64,000 nucleotides of DNA from Eledone cirrhosa. Taxonomy: Eukaryota. The translations under genes and the position numbers were made by a program. This document shows positions 1 through 14,605 of this stretch, piece by piece; position 1 is the first letter of the stretch, and each line of letters opens with the position of its first letter. The DNA lies in NCBI GenBank assembly GCA_964016885.1, contig OZ024750.1:29078001-29142000 (forward strand), written 5' to 3'. Below the pieces are notes generated by a model. It worked only from the letters and a program-made list of their open reading frames with translations, ran no database searches and was not told the DNA's origin.

Positions 1-166
1 CACCTCTTTCTGTTCAAACCAGCTGTAACTCACTGCTCATACTGATGTTAAGGTATTGTTCTCAAAATAAATAATATTAAAATCTCATAGATTTGATATT
101 ATGTGAGGTAAATCCTTTACCATGAAAATACAATAATAAATATAGAGTAATGTAAATGGTAAAGGG
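1..166 (-). mobile_element. piggyBac-type MITE, cut by the window edge
   Basis: Ends AAAGGG|TTAA at 161-170. Body is the reverse complement of the complete copy at 2310-2516. Confidence 0.7.
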
Positions 167-244
167 TTAATAAATATTGTCACATTACAGAAGCCTGGCT
201 CTTCACATTGTTGTGTTCTATGTTCTTAATAATTGTTTCTACTT

Positions 245-590
245 TAGGCACAAGGCCAGCAATTACCCAGTGCATTACTGGTACTTTATTTATCGACCCC
301 GTAAGGATGAAAACAAAGTCAACCTCGGCGGGATTTGAACTCAGATCGTAAAGGGACGTAACTATGCTGGAAAGCATGGCGTCCGACCATGTTCTTAAGA
401 ATGATTTCTTATTTACACACAAGGCAACAATTTGGAGGGACGAGAAAGTCGATTAAACTAACCCCAATGAGTTACCGGTACTTGGATGAAAGGATGAAAG
501 ATAAAGCTAACCTTGACAGGATCTGAACTCAGAACGTAAAAGGTCATAACTATATGCCACAAAGCATGTTGTCCGATACTCTACCGATTA
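245..590 (-). mobile_element. Two adjacent degenerate tRNA-derived SINEs (Nin-domain-like body)
   Basis: Motif ctggtactttatttatcgaccccgtaaggatgaaa...gatttgaactcaga (B-box on minus) occurs twice here and recurs at about 4063-4150, 53040-53090, 53180-53285 and, reversed, 59280-59345. Domain name is from recall. Confidence 0.6.
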
Positions 591-925
591 TTATCAATCT
601 GCTGCCCTTATATGTTCCTAGTAATAATAACTATTCATTCCTTCACCCCACTTCTATACCTTCATAGAATATGAAAAATACATTGAAAGTGAGAGGTTAA
701 CAATCTCAATCAACCTGTATCACTCTGGGTTAAAACAAATATATTTTTTTTCTTTTCCAAAATATTGCTTAATACAGTTGCGCGCGCGTGTGCGTGTGTG
801 TCGGTATTTGTGGAGGTTACGTTCCTAGAGCTCCTGCAAAGAGTGAAAAACCGTGATTATTGGACGTGGCACCTAAAAATGTCTATAAATGGCAAAATAT
901 GTAAAATATAATTTTAAAAAAAAAG

Positions 926-958
<33 letters not shown>

Positions 959-1732
959 TCCAATGGACCGGCAAATACGGAATATTGTTAATAATTTAGC
1001 GTCAAAAAATATATTGCCATGAAAAAAGCCATTAAAAAAAAAAAAAAAAAAAAACGCTCAAGATATTTACAATTCCACGAATATGCGGTCGTTTCCACAA
1101 ACAATTATTAGTTAGGTTCTGAGGAAAATTCTGCAAATAACTGGGACTGCGAATGCCGGGACTGCAAATGCAGGAGGGAAGAGTGGGTACACTGTACTTA
1201 AATTTAATCAATAGAATAAAAATGGCTTTTGTTTTGATTAGCTTGCATTTCCCAACTGTTTTTCTATCAGCTCTGCAGTGTTACAGGTCGTGACATGCTA
1301 TTTCTAATAGTGTCAAAATATCAGGGCATCATAAAATAAACACAGCAGATTTGTTAACAAGATAACTAACCGTGTATCAAACCACATCTACTTTGACTCC
1401 AGCCTCCTGTAATTTCTTTTAACATCATTCACACAAACTACAAACTTGTTTTTTAAATGATTTTTAAAAAATGATAAAAAGAATACTAGAAGCTATATTG
1501 TAAAATATAAATGCTTATATTTCTTTCTTTATTTATTTCAATGTCCCCTTTCAATAAAGTTACAGAGCTGATCAAATCCCCTGGGGTAGAGATTAGGATT
1601 TGACAAAACAACACAAACTGAAATAATAGTTTAATGAGTGAGACCAACAGAGATTAAAATAAATCCAGAGTTGTTGAACAACAACCAAACTGAAAATAAT
1701 TAATAAAACATCTCATAGATGTTATAAATATC

Positions 1733-2028
1733 AGTGGACTTCGTCAGATAGAACCAAGGAAACAATGTGTCCATTGGTCTTTCCAATTGCTAATACTATC
1801 TACTGGTTACAACTCCTGGAGTATAGGTGTTATAAATATCAGATTTGTGAGTGCATATGACAATATTTGAAGCTTACTGAGTGAAGTGGACCTCATCAGA
1901 TAGGACCAAGGAAACAACGAGTCCATAAGTCTTTCCAATTGCTAATACTATCGACTAGTTGCAACTCCTGCATATAGGTGTTATAAATATCAGATTTTGT
2001 TAGTGTATGAGACAATATTTAAAGCTAT
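1733..2028. repeat. ~153-bp tandem duplication of a SINE body segment
   Basis: agtggac..cagata..accaaggaaacaa..gtctttccaattgctaatactatc..caactcctg..tataggtgttataaatatcagattt occurs twice. The same segment lies in the SINE at 47090-47307. Confidence 0.7.
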
Positions 2029-2309
2029 GAAAATATTATCAGTAGATCAGAAGTTATTTTATATGCAGGGTCTATAACCTAAACTTTTAAATTTAGTAAT
2101 GGAAAAACTTGTGCTGTGACACAACTGAAGGGCCCTCTCAAACACTTATCTCCCTCCCCTATTTCCCCTTACCCAGAACTGAGAGGGCTCTACAGTTGGG
2201 TCAATGACCAACAACCTCTCTACTAATGGTTCCTGGAAAATGCACTCGGTACACTTCTTATGGGTAGTAAGCGACAGGAAGGGCACCTCGCTGTAGAAAC
2301 CATGCTTAA

Positions 2310-2516
2310 CCCTTTAGCATTCACATTACTCTATATATACTATTATATTTTCATGGTAAAAGCTTTACCTCACATAATTATCTCACATAATATCGAATCT
2401 ATGAGATTTTGAAAGTATTTATTTTGAGAACAATACCTTAACATCAGTTTCAGCGACCAGTTACAGAAAGAGGTAGAGAATTCTGGCCGGTTTTGGCCGG
2501 TTTGAACATTAAAGGG
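2310..2516 (+). mobile_element. piggyBac-type MITE with TTAA target-site duplication, inserted in a SINE
   Basis: TTAA|CCCTTTAGCATT ... AACATTAAAGGG|TTAA. Further copies at 1-166, 56978-57154 and a partial one ending at 55891. Confidence 0.8.
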
Positions 2517-2869
2517 TTAAAATGGTTGAGAGGACCCTTCAGCTGTGTCAAAGACACAACAACCTCTCTAGTGTTGGTGATCTACACAATAAATGCACAC
2601 ACTACACACTGTAAAGTGGTTGGTGATAGGAAGGGCATCCAGATGTAGAAAGCTTGCCAAACGAGAGGTTATGAGGATCTTTCAGTTTGTGTCAAAAGAC
2701 ATGAAAACTTCACCTCTGCATTCAATAATGGTTGTATGTAAGCAGCATTCAGACCTCCCCTGCCTGTCTGGGAGATCAGTGGCCCTGCTTCAGAACTGAC
2801 TCGGTTTATGTAAACCCGTCCTACCTTTGCTAGCATGAAAAGCGTACGTTAAACGATGATGAAGATGAT

Positions 2870-3230
2870 ATCATATCATTTCATTTCATTATCATTTCAT
2901 TTCATTTTACGTCCGCTTTTTCCCTGCTTGCAAGGGTGGGACGGGAACTGATGCTGGCTTGATTTCTACAGCTGGATGCCCTTCCTAACACAAACCTCAT
3001 TTACAGTGAGTGCTGGGTGCTTTTTTGCCGTGGCGCCTCCACGACCACTTTACAGTGGAATGATATGGACCCCAGTCCCTATCATCTCATTTCTACAGCT
3101 GAGTAAACTGGAGCAATGTGAAATAAAGTGTCTTGCTCAAGGAAACAACACATCACCCGGTCTGAGAATTGAACTCACAACCTTTCGATTGCAAGGCCAA
3201 TGCTCTAACCACTAAAGCCATGTGCCTCCA
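2870..3230 (-). mobile_element. tRNA-derived SINE, full length
   Basis: On minus: GGAGGCACATGGCTTTAGTGGTTAGAGC (A box), GAGTTCAATTC (B box), CORE-like TTTCCTTGAGCAAGACACTTTA, AGGAAGGGCATCCAGCTGTAGAAA, and an (AAATG)n tail. Confidence 0.85.
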
Positions 3231-3243
3231 TATACATATATAT

Positions 3244-3362
3244 AAATGAAATGAATACAAAAGAGTATGCACTGTTAAGCCCTTTTTGGGAGAAACGTAC
3301 GTAGGTGCATTTTTATATAAACATGTTTTAATGGTACATACTCCTTTGTATTCATTTCATTT
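3244..3362. repeat. Fold-back mini-element containing a degenerate hammerhead-like motif
   Basis: aaatgaaatgaatacaaaagagtatg pairs with catactcctttgtattcatttcattt. Inside: ATGCA-CTGTTAA-GCCCTTTTTGGGA-GAAA-CGTACG-TA-GGTGCAT. Confidence 0.6.
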
Positions 3363-3701
3363 GTAACCGCTCTGCTTATATTCTCACCCGCTAGATATTA
3401 ACGCTTCTAATATTTAACCCTGTAGGCACAAGTATAGAGCACATTTGCACAAGTTATTGGCAACTAAATATATGTATCGCTTATCTCTTCTTCTCTCTCT
3501 CGATACTTAAATATTCTACATGTATGTATATATATATAACATATTGTAAGCATGGTTGGTGTTAGGAAGGGCATCCAGCTGTAAAAATCCCAGTCAAAAT
3601 ACAGTTCCATTTGAGCAAGTTACAACATGGCCAAACTTGTCTCGATACCTGTCTAAGTCATGCAAGCATGGAAAAAAGACATTAAATGGTAATGATGATT
3701 A

Positions 3702-3749
<48 letters not shown>

Positions 3750-4616
3750 TATACATCATCGTTTACTGTCCATTTTCCATGCTAGAATGGGTAGGACGTG
3801 CTGTCTCGTAGAGAGACAATCAGGTCAGAGGACCGTGTTTTGCTCATACAGAACTGATTTGGGCTTGTTGCCCTTCGTAACGCCATGTAAACTCGCATAT
3901 CTGAAGAAGTGTCAATTAAGAGTCGGGGTTCGATCACCTGATCAAACCCGAGCTGATCGATATAGAAACAATTGTAATATGCAATATAGTTTCACAAAAA
4001 GCCGCAATTCTTCTCTCTCTCTGTCATATATATATATATATATATATATAATTGGTTCTACATTTGGCACAAGGCCAGCAATTATCCCAGTGTATTACTG
4101 GTACTTTATTTTATCGACCCCGTAAGGATGAAAGGCAAAGTCAACCTCGGCATATATATAATGATAAGGATGATTTGTTATGTCTTCATTACCTGTATTG
4201 AGTAGTGACACGAGTTTCGCTATTGATCAGCTCAAGGAAACTACGCATCTAGTGTTTATGCCGGTGAACCTACAGTAACTGGGCGTTACTCCTACTTGGA
4301 TTTGCGACCAATACAAAGTTTCGCAATTGAAAGAAACATTGTTTCCTCAGGCCGATTTGACAAGCTCCACCCCACTCATTAAGCAAATGAGGCGTGGGAT
4401 CTTGTCGATCGACTGTCAATATATATATATATATATATATATATACGGTGTAACAGATTATTGTTATAGGTAGTCCACTTAAGTGTAGTCCAGTTATGGT
4501 ACTCCGGGTAGTGGATGATATCAACGCCGCTTGGCTAAGTTTGACTCAACAAGGCGTTTCCATAGTGATGTTGCGAGTACGCTGTAATTCCTATGTTGTA
4601 AACACTTGGAGTAATG

Positions 4617-4762
4617 ATAAATCAGGAAAGAAGAGTGACACGGTTTGCTATACAAAAAAGGTTTTTAATCTCATTGCTGACAAAGTTCAGAGAAACAATT
4701 GTCAGCAATGAGATTAAAAACCTTTTTTGTATAGCAAACCGTGTCACTCTTCTTTCCTGATT

Positions 4763-4765
<3 letters not shown>
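4617..4765. repeat. Perfect ~67-bp inverted repeat with 15-nt loop
   Basis: Arms 4617-4683 and 4699-4765 are exact reverse complements by eye. Confidence 0.9.
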
Positions 4766-4796
<31 letters not shown>

Positions 4797-5896
4797 GACG
4801 TGTGTGTGTGTTTAAAAAAAATAAATATGAAATCAAGGTCAGATATAAGGTAACTTTCCAATTCATCAGGAACTTGTTGAAACAAGCTAAAAAAAAAAAA
4901 AAATCAAAATTTAAATATTTGAGAAAGAAAAGCTTGTAAGTATAACTGGGCTAGTTTTGATTTTATTTTATTTCTTCTGTCTTTGAAAGACTGAAAGGAA
5001 TAGAGAATAAGCAATAAATATGTAAAGAGAAAGATATGTTTCTTTATTAGCCACAGGGGCACAAAAGAAGGGGACAAATACAAAGGGGGAAGTTTACATA
5101 CAATAAAAACGTGTAAAATATTATCATAAATGCAATTTAAAAATTAGTCGATTTTCCCAATAGGGAAATTACATATGGGTAACACATATATATGGGTAAC
5201 ACATACCCCCGAAAAAAAATGTGCAACCCTCATCTCCAGGAGTATGAAGAGTTTGTACTCCTTTCCTCTCCCCCTCCTTTTCCTCAACCTACAGGCTGAT
5301 AGCTGAGAACTGGTATAAGAGAAATTTGACAAGTCTCAGGAAGGAAATGATTTGAATTGAGTGTAGTATAATGAAGAACACAGTAGGTAGGTTGTTGTAG
5401 TCTGATAAAGTATTTTGAAGGTAAAGAGGCAAGGGGAGATTAGATTTATGATATTAGCAACAAGGTAACAACTAACTGTTTGATGGTAACTATAACATGA
5501 CGAGAGATAAGGAAAAGAAGATAATTTAGCCAGGAGAATGGAGTACTTTAGATTTATAATATGTTTTAATTTCGTTTCTGTATCAGGAAATACTACATTA
5601 GAATATCACCCCTCTCTCTCTCCATATATATATATATACACACACACATATAGATATAGAGAGTAGTATAGAGTAGTAGTAATAAATACAAAGACCAAAA
5701 TACAGAAAGGACTCAATAAGGGTGTAATCAGCATAGGTTAGTTGTCCCATTATGAGAATTCAGATCAGGTGACCATATCTTGCTTATACAGAACTGTTTC
5801 TGGTTTTATTTCTACAGCTGGATGCCCTTCCTGATGCCAACCAAATTTGCTGCTTTTTTTATTGTGGCACCAACACAACCACTTATATATATATAT

Positions 5897-5977
5897 ATAA
5901 GGATGGTATTACAAAGAGGATTGGGGAAAACAATTAAACATTGTTTTCCCCAATCCTCTTTGTAATACCATCCTTAT
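5897..5977. repeat. Perfect 38-bp inverted repeat with 5-nt loop
   Basis: ataaggatggtattacaaagaggattggggaaaacaat-TAAAC-attgttttccccaatcctctttgtaataccatccttat. Confidence 0.9.
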
Positions 5978-6334
5978 CATCATCATCAACGTTTAACGTC
6001 CGTGTTCCACGCTTGCATGGGTATGGACAGGGGTTTTCCCACTTGAGGCAAGAGTGATTGTCTTGCTCGCATAGGACTGTCTGGCAGGTTTTCTACAGTT
6101 GGATGCCCTTCCTAACACCAACCACATTTACAGTGTGGGTCTGGGAGGTTTTTACCGTGTTGCCTACACGGCCACATTACAGCGTGGACTGTGTGTTTTT
6201 TTGTCGTGACACCTACACGATCTCATTTGTTTCGGCCTGGATGGCGTGGCACCAACATAACTTTACATAGAAGGGGGCGGTGTGGGTGGGGTGGGGCTGG
6301 TGGGACGGGGGTGTATTATATGTATATATATATA

Positions 6335-6710
6335 ATCCAGGTCTTTACGACCTGAAGATCCATCTCTTCATTGCTGTAGTGGAGTCTGTGCTGCTGTATG
6401 GGTCTGAGACTTGGACACTGACCAAGAAACTCACTGAGATGATGGATGGGTGCTACATGACAATGCTGAGGATGGCTCTAAACATTAATGAGTATACACT
6501 GAGGATGAAGAACTCAGAGCTGTACGGGAGCCTCCCAAAAGTCAGCGTGAGAGTAGCACAGAGAAGACGGAGGTTAGCTGGACATGCTCACCGACATCCA
6601 GAGTTGACACTGCACTCAGTGTTCCTGTAGAAGCCCCTGCATGGACACACTGAAAGAGGGAGACCGAGGTTGACATATGTTGATGCCCTAAGGACAGACA
6701 CTGGTCTGTG
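6335..6710 (+). mobile_element. RTE-clade LINE fragment (post-RT region), degenerate
   Basis: Translates to [64 protein letters not shown] with one in-frame stop. Flanked by TA runs. Confidence 0.8.
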
Positions 6711-6767
6711 CATATACATATATACACATATATATACATATATATATATGTATATATATATATATAC

Positions 6768-6798
<31 letters not shown>

Positions 6799-6801
6799 TA
6801 C

Positions 6802-6832
<31 letters not shown>

Positions 6833-6933
6833 CATATATATATACATATATATATACATATATATATACATATATATATACATACATACATATATACACA
6901 TATATACACATATATATATACACATATATATAC

Positions 6934-6976
<43 letters not shown>

Positions 6977-7065
6977 CATATATATATACATATATACATA
7001 TATATATACATATATATATACATATATACATATATATATACATACATATATACACATATATATAC

Positions 7066-7098
<33 letters not shown>

Positions 7099-7117
7099 TA
7101 TATACATACATATATAT

Positions 7118-7170
<53 letters not shown>

Positions 7171-7212
7171 TATACATACATATATACACATATGTATACA
7201 TATATATATATG

Positions 7213-7255
<43 letters not shown>

Positions 7256-7289
7256 ATATACATACATATATATATATATACACATATAT

Positions 7290-7332
<43 letters not shown>

Positions 7333-7499
7333 TACATATATACATATATACATATATACATATATACATATATACATATATATATATATACATATATACA
7401 TATATACATATATACATATATATATACATATATACATATATACATATATACATATATATATATATATACATATATACATATATACATATATACATATAT

Positions 7500-7583
<84 letters not shown>

Positions 7584-7592
7584 ATATATATA
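6711..7592. repeat. Degenerate (TA)n array
   Basis: TA dinucleotides interrupted by TACA and some TGTA. Confidence 0.98.
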
Positions 7593-7597
7593 TCCAT

Positions 7598-7897
7598 ATG
7601 GAGGCACATTGCTTAGTGGTTAGAGCATTGGCCTTTCAATCGAAAGGTTGTGAGTTCAATTCTCAGACTGGGTGATGTGTTGTTTCCTTGAGCAAGACAC
7701 TTTATTTCACATTGCTCCAGTTTACTCAGCTGTAGAAATGAGATGATAGGGACCCCTGGGGTCCCTATCATTCCACTGCAAAGTGGTCATGGGGGTGCCA
7801 CGACAAAAAAGCACCCAGCACTCACTGTAAATGGGGTTGGTGTTAGGAAGGGTATCCAGCTGTAGAACTCAAGCCAGAATCAGTTCCCGTCCCACCC
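7598..7897 (+). mobile_element. tRNA-derived SINE inside the TA array, 3' tail missing
   Basis: Same head, CORE-like segment and body as 2870-3230 and 48353-48668. Confidence 0.85.
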
Positions 7898-7930
<33 letters not shown>

Positions 7931-7994
7931 ATACATACATATATACATACATATATACATACATATATACATATATATATACATATATATATAC

Positions 7995-8060
<66 letters not shown>

Positions 8061-8490
8061 ATACACATATATATATACACATATATATATACACATATAT
8101 ATATACACATATATATATACATATATATATATATATACACATATATATATACACATATATATATACACATATATATATACATATATATATATACACATAT
8201 ATATATACATATATATATATACATATATATACATATATATATATACATATATATACATATATATATACATATATATATACATATATATATACACATATAT
8301 ATATACATATATATATACACATATATAGATATACATATACATATATACATATACATATACATATATACATATACATATATATATATACATATATATATAC
8401 ATATACATACATATACATATATACATATATATATACATATACATACATATACATATATATACATACATATACATACATATATATACATAC

Positions 8491-8526
<36 letters not shown>

Positions 8527-8744
8527 ACATATATATATATACATATATATACATATATATATATACATATATATACATATATATATATACATATATATAC
8601 ATACATATATATATATACATATACATACATATATATATATACATACACATACATATACATATATACATATACATACATATACATATATATACATATACAT
8701 ATATATACATATACATATATATACATACATATATATATATATAC

Positions 8745-8812
<68 letters not shown>

Positions 8813-8972
8813 ACATATATATACATATATATATACATATATACATATACATACATATATATATACATATATACATATACATACATATATATATATATAC
8901 ATATATACATATACATACATATACATATATATACATACATATATATACATATATACATACATATACATATAC

Positions 8973-9017
<45 letters not shown>

Positions 9018-9115
9018 CATATACATATATATACATACATATATATACATATACATATATATACATACATATTTATATATACATATATATACATACATAT
9101 TTATATATACAGATA
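7898..9115. repeat. Degenerate (TA)n array
   Basis: TA with TACA/TACATACA interruptions. Confidence 0.98.
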
Positions 9116-10528
9116 TAACTTTGAATAACTTTGAAATGTTTTGGCCAGTATTGGCCCCTAACTTAATAGCACCACCTGGCGAAGTCTTTCAATTCAGGAT
9201 TTGGGCACCATGGCCCATTCGAGAAGAGAATTACTGTTTGCGGAGACATATCCGGGTGTGGGTGGTTTGTCCGGGATTACTTGGAGGAATTTGTCCAAAG
9301 ACTTCTTGAATTTTGTGTGGTCAGTTTCTGTTTTGACGTGTCCTGGTGTGATGTTGAAGAGAGCAGGGCCGATTGAGGTGAAATAATTGTGCCGTATTGT
9401 TGTTATGAGTTGCGATTTAGATTTTTGAATGGGACGGATAGCACGGGGCCCAAGCCTTGGGTGTATCTTGAAGGCGATGCCAACATCATTTGGGCAGTGA
9501 TGATGGAACATTTTCCACATCATGCAGATAATATAACGCTCACGGCGACGTTGGAGTGAGTAAAGTTTCAGGTTTTCTAATCGACCCCAGTAGTCAAGGT
9601 CTGACATGCCATCTATCTTTTTCGTGATTGCCCTTTGAGGAGCTTCAAGTTTCATGATACTTTGTTTCGTGTGGGGAGACCACAGTGGACAACAGTATTC
9701 AAGGTGTGGTCGGGCGAAAGTAGAGAAGAGAAGGATAATGGTGCGGGAATCTCTCGACTGGAAGGTTCTGAGGATCCAGGAACACATTCTGCGGGCCATG
9801 TCAACTTTGCTGCTTATATGCGTGGTCCAGCTTATGTTGCTGTCCACGGTTACTCCCAAGTCTCTGATGTTGTTAGATGCCACGAGAGTTTCCCCGGAGG
9901 GAAGGGAGTACGGCAGTTTCAGAGCATCCTCTTTTCCAAAGTGGATCAGTTCGAATTTGTCTTCGTTCAGTAACATGTTGTTCTTTTCTGCCCATTGGGT
10001 AACAGCCAGTAGGTCTGACTGAAGGCTTATCCGGTCATCCACGCCATTGATGACCTTTTGGAGCTTGGAATCATCAGCGAAAATTTTAATGTTGCTGTGT
10101 TTGATGATGTCAGTGATGTCATTAATATGGATGATGAAGAGAAGTGGGCCCAACACAGTGCCTTGTGGGACCCCACTACTGACTTTGGCTGGGCTTGATT
10201 TGACTCCCTCAACTACAACATGTTGGGTTCTGTTTGACAGGAAGCTCTTGATCCACTGCAGCAGCTTTCCAGTGACACCAATATTGGACAGCTTTCTCAG
10301 TAGAATGTTATGATCAACCCTGTCAAAGGCCTTGCTCAAATCAAGGTAGATAACATCAGTGTTGGAACCCTCTCCCAAGGCTCTCAAAATGTCATCAAAG
10401 TGATGCAGTAGCTGCGTCAGGCAATCCCTTCCATTACGGAATCCATGCTGGTTGGAGTTCAGCATATTGTTACCCTCAAGGAAGTGGGTCATTCGCGATC
10501 TCACCACTCGCTCAAATACCTTAATGAT
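9116..10528 (-). mobile_element. CR1-group LINE family A, 5'-truncated (RT core, C-terminus, 3' UTR)
   Basis: Open frame 10528-9194: [76 protein letters not shown]. Tail (TTCAAAGTTA)2 runs into (TA)n. Confidence 0.93.
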
Positions 10529-12719
<2,191 letters not shown>

Positions 12720-12919
12720 NNNNNNNNNNNNNNNNNNNNNNNNNNNNNNNNNNNNNNNNNNNNNNNNNNNNNNNNNNNNNNNNNNNNNNNNNNNNNNNNN
12801 NNNNNNNNNNNNNNNNNNNNNNNNNNNNNNNNNNNNNNNNNNNNNNNNNNNNNNNNNNNNNNNNNNNNNNNNNNNNNNNNNNNNNNNNNNNNNNNNNNNN
12901 NNNNNNNNNNNNNNNNNNN
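12720..12919. other. Assembly gap (200 N)
   Basis: Run of n. Confidence 1.
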
Positions 12920-13011
12920 CAATGCAGATATCGGATAAGAAGCACTCTACAGTTTGTGGGACTGGAGTATGCATAATATAAGATCAAAAGATGGTTAAAG
13001 GAGTTCAATAT

Positions 13012-13080
13012 ATTTTATTATGCGCATTTCAAAAACAAACATCATCAAACAATAATATTTGTGTTTTCATCAGATAAAAC
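13012..13080 (-). ncRNA. Minimal type-I hammerhead ribozyme (left arm)
   Basis: Reverse complement of 14069-14137. Confidence 0.75.
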
Positions 13081-14068
13081 AGGAGAACATGATATGAAGG
13101 CTAAAAAAAAACACTTGTTGATAGTGCAGTTTTAAATCAACATATGAAAAGTGGTTTTAGATTGATGTGTGATATTGGGAAAAATATTTTATTTAGAGAG
13201 GGGGGGAGAGAAAAGGATGAAAAGGGAAGGAGATGAGAGGGAGAGATGGGTGATAGAGAGAAAGAGATAGTTTTTATAACAGAGAGGAGATATATTTTAT
13301 ATAGAGGGTTGAAAACCGTTGGAAGATACTGTATAAATTAAAAATTTTGAAAATTAACGAAGGGAGGATATGTGCGAGGAAAAAATATATTATATTTAGG
13401 GAGGGGTGGGGGTGGAAAGGATGAAAAAAAGGGGAGGAGATGAGAGTGAAGGTGGAAAGGGAGAGATGGGTGATAGAGAGAAAGAGATAGTTTTTATAAC
13501 TGAGAAAAAGATATAATGTTTTAATATTCAAATTTAATTTTCAAATTTAATTTTCAATTTAATTTTCAAATTCCTTTAATTTATACATTATCTTCCAACG
13601 GTTCCCAACCTCTCTATATTAAAACATTATATCTTTTTCTCAGTTATAAAAACTATCTCTTTCTCTCTATCACCCATCTCTCCCTTTCCACCTTCACTCT
13701 CATCTCCTCCCCTTTTTTTCATCCTTTCCACCCCCACCCCTCCCTAAATATAATATATTTTTTCCTCGCACATATCCTCCCTTCGTTAATTTTCAAAATT
13801 TTTAATTTATACAGTATCTTCCAACGGTTTTCAACCCCTCTATATAAAATATATCTCCTCTCTGTTATAAAAACTATCTCTTTCTCTCTATCACCCATCT
13901 CTCCCTCTCATCTCCTTCCCTTTTCATCCTTTCTCTCCCCCCCTCTCTAAATAAAATATTTTTCCCAATATCACACATCAATCTAAAACCACTTTTCATA
14001 TGTTGATTTAAAACTGCACTATCAACAAGTGTTTTTTTTTTTTTTTAGCCTTCATATCATGTTCTCCT

Positions 14069-14137
14069 GTTTTATCTGATGAAAACACAAATATTATTGT
14101 TTGATGATGTTTGTTTTTGAAATGCGCATAATAAAAT
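14069..14137 (+). ncRNA. Minimal type-I hammerhead ribozyme (right arm)
   Basis: Stem I UUUUAU/AUAAAA; core CUGAUGA (14076-14082); A/U-rich stem II; GAAA (14119-14122); palindromic stem III UGCGCA; cleavage triplet AUA. Confidence 0.75.
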
Positions 14138-14175
14138 ATATTGAACTCCTTTAACCATCTTTTGATCTTATATTA

Positions 14176-14512
14176 TATATATACATATATATATATACAT
14201 ATATGTATATATATATACATATATATATACATATATATATACATATATATATACATATATGTATATATATATATATGTATATATATATATACATATATAT
14301 ATATACATATATATATATACATATATATATATACATATATATATACATATATATATACATATATGTATATATATATATGTATATATATATATACATATAT
14401 ATATACATATATATATACATATATGTATATATATATATGTATATATATATACATATATATATATACATATATATATACATATATGTATATATATATATGT
14501 ATATATATATAC

Positions 14513-14543
<31 letters not shown>

Positions 14544-14566
14544 GATATATATATATATATTTATAC

Positions 14567-14597
<31 letters not shown>

Positions 14598-14605
14598 GAT
14601 ATATA
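14176..14605. repeat. Degenerate (TA)n array
   Basis: TA with both CA and TG interruptions. Confidence 0.97.

Larger units (their letters stand above)
12975..14175. mobile_element. ~550-bp-arm inverted repeat, probable inverted Penelope-like pseudo-LTR pair
   Basis: Arms ~12975-13527 and ~13616-14175 are near-exact reverse complements. Each has a pyrimidine-rich tract followed by a hammerhead motif. Confidence 0.75.

Noticed and set aside
4800-4890. Possible APPL exon 2 after a minus-strand poly-T/AG acceptor
   Set aside because: No frame resembles the expected TRSLL.VFEED sequence.
7598-7670. tRNA genes at SINE heads (also 3160-3230 and 48353-48425)
   Set aside because: A/B boxes run into SINE bodies, with no clean acceptor stem or terminator.
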